Below are positions 50,479 through 58,645 of a DNA stretch of 64,000 nucleotides, piece after piece. The stretch's first letter is position 1. The number at the start of each line of letters is the position of its first letter. The notes under the pieces are model-generated. The model saw only the letters and a list, made by a program, of their open reading frames with translations, did not search any database and had not been told where the DNA came from. Source of the stretch: a bacterium (GTDB lineage: Bacteria > Cyanobacteriota > Vampirovibrionia > Gastranaerophilales > Gastranaerophilaceae). The position numbers were made by a program, and so were the translations under genes. The stretch is from NCBI GenBank assembly GCA_024408855.1, contig JAKSUQ010000008.1, positions 3,072 to 67,071 of the forward strand, written 5' to 3'.

Positions 50479-50552
50479 TACGCCCGGCGCGATTCGAACG
50501 CGCGACCCTCTGCTTAGAAGGCAGATGCTCTATCCAGCTGAGCTACGGACGC
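50479..50552 (-). tRNA. trnR: tRNA-Arg(UCU), no encoded CCA, 3' half probably supplied by element A
   Basis: GCGTCCG TA GCTC AGCTGGATA GAGC A TCTGC CTTCTAA GCAGA GGGTC GCGCG TTCGAAT CGCGC CGGGCGT A folds as a 74-nt cloverleaf. Confidence 0.93.
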
Positions 50553-50595
50553 ATAAGTTATGTTTATTTAATTGTCAAATTTTTGTTTTTTCTGT

Positions 50596-50650
50596 GCCCC
50601 TGACCCACCGCTTAGAAGGCAGATGCTCTATCCAGCTGAGCTACGGACGC
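50596..50650 (-). pseudogene. Duplicated 5' half of tRNA-Arg(UCU) joined to a truncated divergent 3' arm
   Basis: 50610-50650 is identical to 50512-50552 (41 bp, 98-bp offset); then GGTGGGTCAGGGG, with no T loop. Confidence 0.85.
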
Positions 50651-50662
50651 ATCACATCTTCT

Positions 50663-50689
50663 ATTCTATCACAAAAATATATTTTGCAA
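50663..50689 (-). promoter_or_regulatory. Putative promoter for the tRNA-Arg locus
   Basis: TGn-TAGAAT extended -10; TTGCAA 15 nt upstream (short spacing). Confidence 0.45.
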
Positions 50690-50726
50690 GTAATCCGTTT
50701 GCCATTTATTGTAAATATATTTCCCA

Positions 50727-51344
50727 TTATTTATCATCCGTAAAATCACGTTTTAAAACATTATTCATTCTTATTTCCGCTTGTTCGGCATTTCCTGTTT
50801 TATAATACAACCTTGCTAACAAAATTTCTAATTCGGTAGACGGTTTTTCGTTATATGCTTTTTGTGCGTTTGCTAATGCCTTTCCGTACCTTTTCATGTA
50901 AGCGTAGGTAAGTGCAATTTCTTTATAGTATTCGGATTTTTTAGATATGTCATTTTCTGTTTCTGCTAATTTTTCAAATTCTTCAATCGCACTTTCGTAT
51001 TTCCCCTCATTTCTTAATGAAATAGCGTTTTCTAAATCATTTTGTGAGCTTGCACTATTCTTGTTTGGCTCTGTAATAACATTTTCTTCGTCTTTGCTAT
51101 CGGATTCCAATGACTCTTCTTCTTCATCATTGCTAATCTCATCTTCGTTATCTTCCAAATGTTCATCAGATTTACTTTTATCTTGGTTAAAGGACTCATT
51201 TTCTTGTGCAATTGACGGAATATCCTCTCTGATTGTTTTATTAGCAGTTAAATTATATGCAACGATAACTAACATCAAAAAAGCAAAAGCAATTAATACT
51301 GCAATAATTGCATACTTATAGTTTTTCAAATCAAATTTATCCAT
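50727..51344 (-). CDS. Membrane-anchored TPR protein with an acidic linker
   Basis: N-terminal TM, D/E-rich region, TPR helices; ATG overlaps the upstream stop. Confidence 0.7.
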   Translation of the reverse strand: MDKFDLKNYKYAIIAVLIAFAFLMLVIVAYNLTANKTIREDIPSIAQENESFNQDKSKSDEHLEDNEDEISNDEEEESLESDSKDEENVITEPNKNSASSQNDLENAISLRNEGKYESAIEEFEKLAETENDISKKSEYYKEIALTYAYMKRYGKALANAQKAYNEKPSTELEILLARLYYKTGNAEQAEIRMNNVLKRDFTDDK

Positions 51345-52110
51345 TTTCAGTGTTCCCTTTCTTATTAGATTGTACTCCAAAAGCAAACATTGCGAAATCA
51401 TATTTTACAGGATCCTCAGGGCAAAACTCCCGAAGTGGTTGCATAAGTTCTATGACTGCTTTGTAGTCATTATTCTTTCTTTTAAGAAGTCCCATGGCTC
51501 TCGAAACCCTTGAAACGTGTACGTCAAGCGGAATTAACAATTTGCTTTTATCAACACTATTCCAAATCCCCAAATCAACCTCAGAGCTTCTAACCATCCA
51601 TCTTAAAAACATATTCATACGTTTCATTGCTCCGCCTTTTGCAGGGTTTGGTATCATATGATAAAAACCATGCCCGACTTGGTTATTACAATTTGCATAA
51701 AAATAGTCGACAAGGCATTTTATTCCATGCTCAACGGTCAAATTGTTATTGTAACCGTACATAAAGAGTTCTTCAAGTCCGTTTGAAGTGTTATAAAGTT
51801 TGCTCAAAATTTTGAAAATCATTATAATATCGTTATCTTTTGAAAATCTGTATTCAATATTTTTTAGGTTTCCAAAATCGCCGTTTTTTATGTATCCGAC
51901 TATATCATTTTCAGCTTTTGAGAAAATTTCGTTTAATTTTGAAATAAATATTTTTCTGTTGCCATAAGCAAACATTGATGAAATAAAACCATAAAGTTCA
52001 ATTTCTTTTTTGCAGTTTCCACGATAAGGGAATTGTATAGGGTCATCTTTTATAAACTCTTTTGTTTCGTAGTATTTAGCAAGTTTGTCAAGTTCTGTTT
52101 TTGTAATCAT
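51337..52110 (-). CDS. TIGR02757/DUF2400 family protein
   Basis: DDPIQFP, KRMNMFLRWMVR, DLGIW, IPLDVHV, DPVKYDFAMF. Confidence 0.8.
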   Translation of the reverse strand: MITKTELDKLAKYYETKEFIKDDPIQFPYRGNCKKEIELYGFISSMFAYGNRKIFISKLNEIFSKAENDIVGYIKNGDFGNLKNIEYRFSKDNDIIMIFKILSKLYNTSNGLEELFMYGYNNNLTVEHGIKCLVDYFYANCNNQVGHGFYHMIPNPAKGGAMKRMNMFLRWMVRSSEVDLGIWNSVDKSKLLIPLDVHVSRVSRAMGLLKRKNNDYKAVIELMQPLREFCPEDPVKYDFAMFAFGVQSNKKGNTENG

Positions 52111-52529
52111 TTCCGAATTTCCTCAAAAAACTTATCTAACAATATTTTACATTCATTTTCCGCTATTCCTCCATATGTTTTTATTTTGGAATTCGCTAAT
52201 TTAGGGAGATTTAAAGCTGATTCTATTCCGCCGTATTGAGTGTTATATGCACCAAAATATAAGGTGTCGATACCACTTTGAAGAATTGCCCAAGAACACA
52301 TAGGACAAGGCTCAAGGGTTACATACATATTGCAACCGTTTAGATGGGAGGTATTGAGTTTTTTTTGTGCTTCTTTTATGGCTATCATTTCAGCATGAGC
52401 CGTAATGTCATTTATGGATTCACGCATGTTGTGTGCGTATGCAATTATTTCTCCGTCTTTTTCAATAATGCAGCCTATTGGAACATCTTTTTTACATTTT
52501 TTAGCCTCTTCGAGGGCAAGATTCATCAA
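52107..52529 (-). CDS. tadA: tRNA adenosine deaminase
   Basis: DVPIGC, TAHAEM, TLEPCPMC. Confidence 0.85.
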   Translation of the reverse strand: MMNLALEEAKKCKKDVPIGCIIEKDGEIIAYAHNMRESINDITAHAEMIAIKEAQKKLNTSHLNGCNMYVTLEPCPMCSWAILQSGIDTLYFGAYNTQYGGIESALNLPKLANSKIKTYGGIAENECKILLDKFFEEIRK

Positions 52530-53098
52530 TTTGCATTCTCCGTTCTGTCAACATTATATAAATAACATTCTTTTTCGTGATCATTGATTATTCCGATTGC
52601 CTGTAAATAAGAATATATTATAACAGTGCCGACATATTTCATTCCTCTTTTTTTTAAATCTGCGGAAATTTTGTCTGATAAATCAGAAGACGTTGGAATT
52701 TTACAGCAACCGTTGTGTTTAACTATTTTATTGTCGGAAAAGTTCCATATATATTTTGAAAAACTTCCGAATTCTTTTTGTATTTCTTTAAAAATTTTGG
52801 CATTGTTTATTGTAGATATTATTTTATTTTTGTTTCTGATAATTTTATCATTATTGAGCAAAGCGGTAACTTTTTGCGGTGTATATTCCATAATTTTATT
52901 TACATCAAAATTATCAAAAGCATTTCTGAAATCTTCTCTTTTATTTAATACGGAAAGCCACGATAACCCTGCTTGAAATCCTTCTAATATAAGCAGTTCA
53001 AAGAGTTTTTTGTCGTCGTAAAGGGGAATTCCCCACTCTGTATCATGATACTTTTTATACAACTCAGACTTGCAATTTACCCAAGAACATCTTTTCAT
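52526..53098 (-). CDS. tag: DNA-3-methyladenine glycosylase I
   Basis: RCSWV, YHDTEWG, LEGFQAGLSW, IIRNKNKI, HEKEC. Confidence 0.92.
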   Translation of the reverse strand: MKRCSWVNCKSELYKKYHDTEWGIPLYDDKKLFELLILEGFQAGLSWLSVLNKREDFRNAFDNFDVNKIMEYTPQKVTALLNNDKIIRNKNKIISTINNAKIFKEIQKEFGSFSKYIWNFSDNKIVKHNGCCKIPTSSDLSDKISADLKKRGMKYVGTVIIYSYLQAIGIINDHEKECYLYNVDRTENAN

Positions 53099-53101
53099 AG
53101 A

Positions 53102-54217
53102 TTAATTAAAAAACTTCCTTATAATACTTTCGATTTTTGCAGATGCCGTTCCGTCTCCGTATGGATTTTGAACGGAAAGCCTGGATTTGTCTTTTGGTAA
53201 TGAAAGGATTTTTTCACTTTCTGTAATGATTTTATCGTAATCAGCTCCGACAAGTTTAGATACTCCGGCTTCAATTCCCTCAGTTCTTTCTGTTTCATAT
53301 CTCATGACGAGAGTCGGGCATGCAAATGTCGGAGCTTCTTCTTGAATACCGCCTGAGTCTGTAAGAATAAGTTTAGCTTGTTTCATAAGATAAACTAAAT
53401 TAGGATAATCAAGTGGTTCAAGTAAGTGAATGTTCTCAAAATTTTCCAATTTTTCGTGGATTTTAATTCTTACGTTTGGATTGGGGTGAACAGGAATTAC
53501 AAAAGTATGGTCATTGTATTTTTTAGCCAAATAAGAAAGTGCTTTAATTATTCTATCAAGTCTTTCGCCGTGGTTTTCTCTTCTGTGAGCAGTTACTAAA
53601 ATTAGTTTTTCATCAATACTAACACCTTTTTTAGAATAAAAGGTTTTTGTATTTTCAATAACTTCACCTGAAAGGCAAAATAGTGCATCAATAACAGTAT
53701 TACCGGTTACAAATATTTTATCTTCCAAAATGTTTTCTTTTAATAACGCTTTTTTATTAACATCAGTTGGAGCAAAGTGTAATTGTGCAACTCTTGATGT
53801 CATTTGACGCATAACTTCTTCCGGAAATGGCTCATAAATATCATAGGAACGTAAACCTGCTTCTACATGGAACACCGGTATTTTATGGTAAAAGGAGGTT
53901 AATGCACCGCAGAGGACGGTCATTGTATCTCCTTGAACGACTGTGGCGTCGATTTTATTATCATTAAATATTCTATCCAATGATGTAAGTATTCTTGCTT
54001 GAACCGAGGATAACGACTGATTTTCCCTCATGCAATCAAGATTGATATCCGCAGTAAGTCCGAAATATTTCAATGTCTGGTTTGAAAGCTCTTTCTGTTG
54101 TTCCGTATTGCATACGATTACGTTATAATCGTTCGGATATTTCTTTAATTCAAGTATTACCGGAGCAAGTTTAATTATTTCAGGACGAGTTCCCAATATA
54201 AAAATAATATTTTTCAT
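53102..54217 (-). CDS. wecB: UDP-N-acetylglucosamine 2-epimerase (non-hydrolysing)
   Basis: GTRPEIIK, VQGDT, HVEAGLRS, TAHRREN, TDSGGIQEEAP, NPYGDG. Confidence 0.93.
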   Translation of the reverse strand: MKNIIFILGTRPEIIKLAPVILELKKYPNDYNVIVCNTEQQKELSNQTLKYFGLTADINLDCMRENQSLSSVQARILTSLDRIFNDNKIDATVVQGDTMTVLCGALTSFYHKIPVFHVEAGLRSYDIYEPFPEEVMRQMTSRVAQLHFAPTDVNKKALLKENILEDKIFVTGNTVIDALFCLSGEVIENTKTFYSKKGVSIDEKLILVTAHRRENHGERLDRIIKALSYLAKKYNDHTFVIPVHPNPNVRIKIHEKLENFENIHLLEPLDYPNLVYLMKQAKLILTDSGGIQEEAPTFACPTLVMRYETERTEGIEAGVSKLVGADYDKIITESEKILSLPKDKSRLSVQNPYGDGTASAKIESIIRKFFN

Positions 54218-54293
54218 AACGTAATTATACAATAAAAGTTTTTTAATATATAATAAGACAGCTTATATTTGATTTTATTTGTAAAGGAGAGAT

Positions 54294-55661
54294 ATGCGAC
54301 AAAAACAAAAAGAACAAGATATGTTTGAACGCAGAAAGAATTTTAATGCGGTAGAGGAAAATTTAACGGCGGAACAAGTTAAATCCGAGGCTTCAAGATG
54401 TTTGGGTTGTAAAAATCCAAAATGTGTTTCCGGTTGTCCTGTTAATATAAAGATTCCTGATTTTATCAAAGCTCTAAAAGAGGACGACTTGGAAAAAGCA
54501 GGTGAAATTATCAGGGAAACAAGCATGCTTCCGTCTGTATGCGGAAGAATTTGTCCGCAAGAAAAACAATGCGAAGGGAATTGCGTTCTTGGGATTAAAG
54601 GAGAACCGGTTGCAATTGGAGCATTGGAAAGGTATGTCGGTGATAATGCTAAAGCAAAAAATCCAGAAATAAAGTCGCAATATAAAAAGGTAGCCATTAT
54701 AGGTTCAGGATGTGCCGGTATGACTGCTGCTGCTGATATAAGAAAAGCAGGTTACGAAGTTACAGTTTTTGAAGCATTACACGAATTAGGAGGTGTTCTT
54801 AGGTATGGAATTCCACCATTCAGACTTCCGAGAAATATACTTGATAAGGAAATCGAAAACCTGAAATCTATTGGTGTAAAATTTGAAAAAAATGTAGTTG
54901 TAGGTAAATCAATAACGCTGAAACAACTTAAAAATGACGGTTTTGATGCAATATTCATATGCTCTGGTGCAGGTTTGCCCAAAATGATGAATATTAACGG
55001 TGAAAACTTGAATGGAGTATTTTCAGCCAATGAATTTCTGACAAGAGTAAATTTGATGCATGCAAATGAAGAAAATTCTGTAACACCGCTCAGAATCGGT
55101 AAATCAGTAGTTGTTATCGGAGGCGGAAATGTTGCAATGGATGCTGCAAGAACAGCCGTAAGGGTCGGTTTTGAAAATGTTTGTATTGCATACAGAAGAA
55201 CTGAAAAAGAGCTTCCGGCAAGGTTAGAAGAAATCAGACATGCAAAAGAAGAAGGGGTTATTTTTAAATTTTTACTTGCACCTGATGAAATCATTGGTAA
55301 AGACGGTTATGTTGATAAAATGAGATTTGAGGTAATGGAGTTAGGTGAACCTGACAGTTCAGGCAGGCAAAGACCGATTGGTACAGGTCTTTTTGAAGTT
55401 ATGGATGCTGATACGGTAATTGTTGCTCTTGGTACAGGTCCGAATCCGATAATTCAGAAGTCGGCGTTATCAGAAGATATTAATTTTGAGATAAATCAAA
55501 AAGGGTATTTTATTGTCAATGAAGATACCAGAGAAACGTCAATAAGCGGTATATATGCCGGTGGGGATGTGGCACCTGTTGGGACTTCAAATGCAATAAA
55601 TGCAATGGGCGCCGGGAAAAAAGCTGCAAAAAGCATAATCGAATTTTTAAAAAGTTTGTAA
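54294..55661 (+). CDS. NADPH-dependent glutamate synthase small-subunit homolog (GltD/NfnB/SudA family)
   Basis: EASRCLGC..PKCVSGCP, CGRICPQEKQCE Fe-S motifs; GSGCAG, GGGNVAMD, AGGDV. Confidence 0.88.
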   Translation: MRQKQKEQDMFERRKNFNAVEENLTAEQVKSEASRCLGCKNPKCVSGCPVNIKIPDFIKALKEDDLEKAGEIIRETSMLPSVCGRICPQEKQCEGNCVLGIKGEPVAIGALERYVGDNAKAKNPEIKSQYKKVAIIGSGCAGMTAAADIRKAGYEVTVFEALHELGGVLRYGIPPFRLPRNILDKEIENLKSIGVKFEKNVVVGKSITLKQLKNDGFDAIFICSGAGLPKMMNINGENLNGVFSANEFLTRVNLMHANEENSVTPLRIGKSVVVIGGGNVAMDAARTAVRVGFENVCIAYRRTEKELPARLEEIRHAKEEGVIFKFLLAPDEIIGKDGYVDKMRFEVMELGEPDSSGRQRPIGTGLFEVMDADTVIVALGTGPNPIIQKSALSEDINFEINQKGYFIVNEDTRETSISGIYAGGDVAPVGTSNAINAMGAGKKAAKSIIEFLKSL

Positions 55662-55775
55662 ATAGTTTGTTATTATGTACCTTTTTTACAAAATTAACCC
55701 AATAGCTTGCATTATAAAAGGATTTGTATTAGGATAATTTTGTACAATATGCTATAAAGGTGGTGAATATAAAAA

Positions 55776-55949
55776 ATGGCAGAAGTTAAAGTTGGTGAAA
55801 ACGAAAGTATCGAAAGTGCTTTACGCAGATTTAAGAAAAAAATTCAAAAAGCAGGTATCTTGTCTGAAGTAAAGAAACGTGAAAGATATGAAAAACCAAG
55901 CGTAAAGAGAAAACGCAAATCTGAAGCTGCTCGCAAACGCAAGGTATAA
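55776..55949 (+). CDS. rpsU: 30S ribosomal protein S21, 57 aa
   Basis: Translated by hand: [57 protein letters not shown]. Confidence 0.95.
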   Translation: MAEVKVGENESIESALRRFKKKIQKAGILSEVKKRERYEKPSVKRKRKSEAARKRKV

Positions 55950-55958
55950 GGTTTATAT

Positions 55959-55989
55959 AAGGGATGTTTTTTTTAAGCATCCCTTTTTT
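55959..55989 (+). terminator. Intrinsic terminator after rpsU
   Basis: AAGGGATG-loop-CATCCCTT followed by a T tract. Confidence 0.75.
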
Positions 55990-56018
55990 AGTATTCTATT
56001 TTATTTTAAATTTGTTAC

Positions 56019-56047
56019 TTGCAAAAGTGTTTTTTTTATCGTATTAT
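56019..56047 (+). promoter_or_regulatory. Putative sigma70 promoter for tRNA-Cys (possibly also dnaA)
   Basis: TTGCAA-17 nt-TATTAT, 10 nt before the tRNA. Confidence 0.55.
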
Positions 56048-56056
56048 ACATGATAC

Positions 56057-56128
56057 GGCGACATGGCCAAGTGGTAAGGCAGAAGCCTGCAAAGCTTTTA
56101 TCCCCCAGTTCGAATCTGGGTGTCGCCT
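56057..56128 (+). tRNA. trnC: tRNA-Cys(GCA)
   Basis: GGCGACA...GAAGC CTGCAAA GCTTT...CCCAG TTCGAAT CTGGG TGTCGCC T; U73 discriminator. Confidence 0.95.
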
Positions 56129-56163
56129 TTTTTAATTTACAAGCTGATCACAAATTTATTTAT

Positions 56164-57549
56164 ATGGAAAATATTGAATTAAAGCGTTTATGGGAGCAAA
56201 TTAAAGGGGAAATAGTAAGGGAATTGCCTGACTGTGCATTGCCATGGGTGGAGCCCTTGGAAATCACAGGGTTTGATAATGGGGTGTTGTCCGTAGTAAC
56301 CGGTCAATTAATGGGCAGAGATATCCTTCGCAGAAATTATTATTCTCAAATAGTTGAAATTATTAAAAAAGTAACCAATAATCCTAACTCCGATTTTGTT
56401 ATTATTTATGATGAAAAAGCAACAAAATCCATAAAAAAAGAAAACGAGAAAATTCAAAAAAAGATTGTAGAAACCGCATTAAAGGAGCAGGCTATGGAAA
56501 ATTTGTCCTATATGCAATCTGCTTCCAATCTGAATTTAAAATATAAATTTGAAAATTATGTTGTAGGAAAAAATAATGAGTTTGCTTACAAGGTTGCAAA
56601 GTCTGTTGCTGAATATCCGGCAGAAAAATACAATCCGTTATTTATATACGGAAAGTCAGGCTTGGGAAAAACACATTTAATGCAGGCAATCGGACATTAT
56701 ACATTATTTAAAAATTCAAAATTTAAAGTCAAATATACTAAAACCGAAGACTATGTCAATGATTTTATTTCTAACAGCCGTAAAGGAAAAGATACCATTG
56801 AAAATATGTCTAAATTTTATAAAAAATATTCGAATATTGATATAATTCTAATTGATGATATTCAGTTTATAGAATCGAAAAATAAGACTATGCTTCAAAT
56901 GCAGCATACATTTGACAGTCTTTATAATAAAGGAAAGCAAATCGTAATAACATCAGACAGACTCCCAAAAGATATACCGACATTAACTTCAGCTTTATGT
57001 ACAAGGTTTGAAATGGGGTTGATGGTAGAGCTTGTAACCCCTGAATATCAAAATCGATTTGATATTCTTAAAAAACTTTCTGAGGATAGCGGGCTGAAGT
57101 ATACTGATGATGCTTTGGAATATATAGCTAATAATTACGTAAATAATGTACGCGAATTAGAAGGTGCGTTTCATAAAGCAGCGGCTTTTGCTGAAATTAA
57201 TGCAACCGATTTAACTTTGGATGTGGTGAAAACTGTTTTAAAGTGCAGTGAAAATACCGCAAAAAATACATTTGAAGATATTGTTGGAGTAACGGCAAAA
57301 TTTTATGAAGTAAGTCCAGAAGATATTAAAGGTACGGCAAGAGGTCAAAAAGTTGCAAATGCAAGACATATGTCGATTTATTTATCAAGAGAGTTGACAG
57401 GGAAAAGTTTTGTGTCGATTGCGGAATATTTTAACAAAAAGCATACTACAATTATGTATTCTTATGAAAAAATCAATAAAGAGCTCCGCACAAATAATGA
57501 ATTAGGTAATGCCGAACGAGAGATTAGACAAGCATTAAGATTAATATAG
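56164..57549 (+). CDS. dnaA: Chromosomal replication initiator
   Basis: LKYKFENYVVG, YNPLFIYGKSGLGKTHL, LIDDIQF, NVRELEGA, domain IV HTT; ATG 56164 (the track start lies in the tRNA region). Confidence 0.92.
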   Translation: MENIELKRLWEQIKGEIVRELPDCALPWVEPLEITGFDNGVLSVVTGQLMGRDILRRNYYSQIVEIIKKVTNNPNSDFVIIYDEKATKSIKKENEKIQKKIVETALKEQAMENLSYMQSASNLNLKYKFENYVVGKNNEFAYKVAKSVAEYPAEKYNPLFIYGKSGLGKTHLMQAIGHYTLFKNSKFKVKYTKTEDYVNDFISNSRKGKDTIENMSKFYKKYSNIDIILIDDIQFIESKNKTMLQMQHTFDSLYNKGKQIVITSDRLPKDIPTLTSALCTRFEMGLMVELVTPEYQNRFDILKKLSEDSGLKYTDDALEYIANNYVNNVRELEGAFHKAAAFAEINATDLTLDVVKTVLKCSENTAKNTFEDIVGVTAKFYEVSPEDIKGTARGQKVANARHMSIYLSRELTGKSFVSIAEYFNKKHTTIMYSYEKINKELRTNNELGNAEREIRQALRLI

Positions 57550-57616
57550 CCTAACTTGTTAGTCGTTATTAAATTAATTTCATGATATTTTGTTTATTGA
57601 AAGGATAAAGGAAATA

Positions 57617-58645
57617 ATGCTTGATAACATAAGATATCATATGCTTTTGAAATCTATTGATAAAAATATTCAGGAGAATTTGTTTGATGTTGCTTTGGGT
57701 AAATTAAACGAATTGGTCAAAAAAGATTTTAAACCGGCTTTAACTTATCTAAAACGAGGCAGATTATGCAAAAAATTACTTATGTATTCGGATGCTTATT
57801 CTGATTTTACTTATGTAATTGAGCACTGTGCAAAAAAAGAGGAAGCATATTATGAGAGAGTCTTTCTTAATTTTGAAATCGCAAATTTTTACGAAGCAAT
57901 TTTAGATGCAGAGACAATTTTGTCCTTTGATAAATCTAATTTTGATGTAAAAAGAATAAAATTTTTATCTTTAGCATATTCTAATCGTGAAAGCGAGTCT
58001 TGTGAATACATTTTAGGGATATTTAATAATAACAAATATAAAACAATTCAGTTTATTTTTAATGAAGTAGCTATCGTTTTGGCAAAGGACGAGTTTTCCA
58101 GAGGTCTAAAATTATTGGAAATAATAGAACTTCTTGATCCGAACAATCCTATTAAACTCTTGAAAGAGGCTACAATATATGGTTATGTTGGTGATACAAA
58201 TTCACAAAATTCTATACTAAAAAAATTGGATAATATTTTCCCGAAGTATTTTGTATCTCATTTTAAATTTACGGATATGTATCAAGAAAAGGATTTGTTA
58301 GAAATTTCTTTTTTATTGGAATTATCAATTTTTGATAAAAAAAATATTTTTGTTTATCCTTTGAAAATTTTAGAGGGGTATAAAAAACACATGGAGGGGC
58401 ATATTACGGAATCCAAAATGTGTTTTGAAGATGCTATAAAAATAAACTCTTCAAGACCGGAAGCCTATGTGCTTTTGGCACAAACTTTACAGTTAATGTC
58501 CGGTTATGATAAAGCTGAATACAGAAATGAAGCTGAAAAAAATTATAAATTGGCAGAAGAAATATATTTAAGAGAAAACTTACCGCAAAAAGCCGAAACC
58601 ATGCGAAGACAGCTGCAACACCTAAATTCCCCAATTAAATTATAG
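57617..58645 (+). CDS. TPR-repeat protein
   Basis: Multiple TPR patterns (LTYLKRGRL...DAYSDFTYVI; EAYVLLAQ). Confidence 0.7.
   Translation: MLDNIRYHMLLKSIDKNIQENLFDVALGKLNELVKKDFKPALTYLKRGRLCKKLLMYSDAYSDFTYVIEHCAKKEEAYYERVFLNFEIANFYEAILDAETILSFDKSNFDVKRIKFLSLAYSNRESESCEYILGIFNNNKYKTIQFIFNEVAIVLAKDEFSRGLKLLEIIELLDPNNPIKLLKEATIYGYVGDTNSQNSILKKLDNIFPKYFVSHFKFTDMYQEKDLLEISFLLELSIFDKKNIFVYPLKILEGYKKHMEGHITESKMCFEDAIKINSSRPEAYVLLAQTLQLMSGYDKAEYRNEAEKNYKLAEEIYLRENLPQKAETMRRQLQHLNSPIKL

Larger units (their letters stand above)
34491..50520. mobile_element. Integrative element A (about 16 kb) in tRNA-Arg(UCU): integrase, excisionase, primase-helicase, type I RM and defence cargo
   Basis: Bounded by direct repeats TTAGAAG (34491-34497 and 50514-50520) extending into tRNA 3'-half homology; int/xis/primase module. 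Confidence 0.88.

Noticed and set aside
50525-50805. Two + strand ORFs sharing MLYPAELRTH
   Set aside because: They are antisense translations of the duplicated tRNA-Arg 5' half, not proteins.
56050-56163. N-terminal extension of the 499-aa DnaA ORF
   Set aside because: It is a translation through tRNA-Cys; the plausible start is ATG 56164.
55660-57600. oriC beside dnaA
   Set aside because: Intergenic gaps are short or occupied by rpsU and tRNA-Cys, and no DnaA-box cluster was seen by eye.
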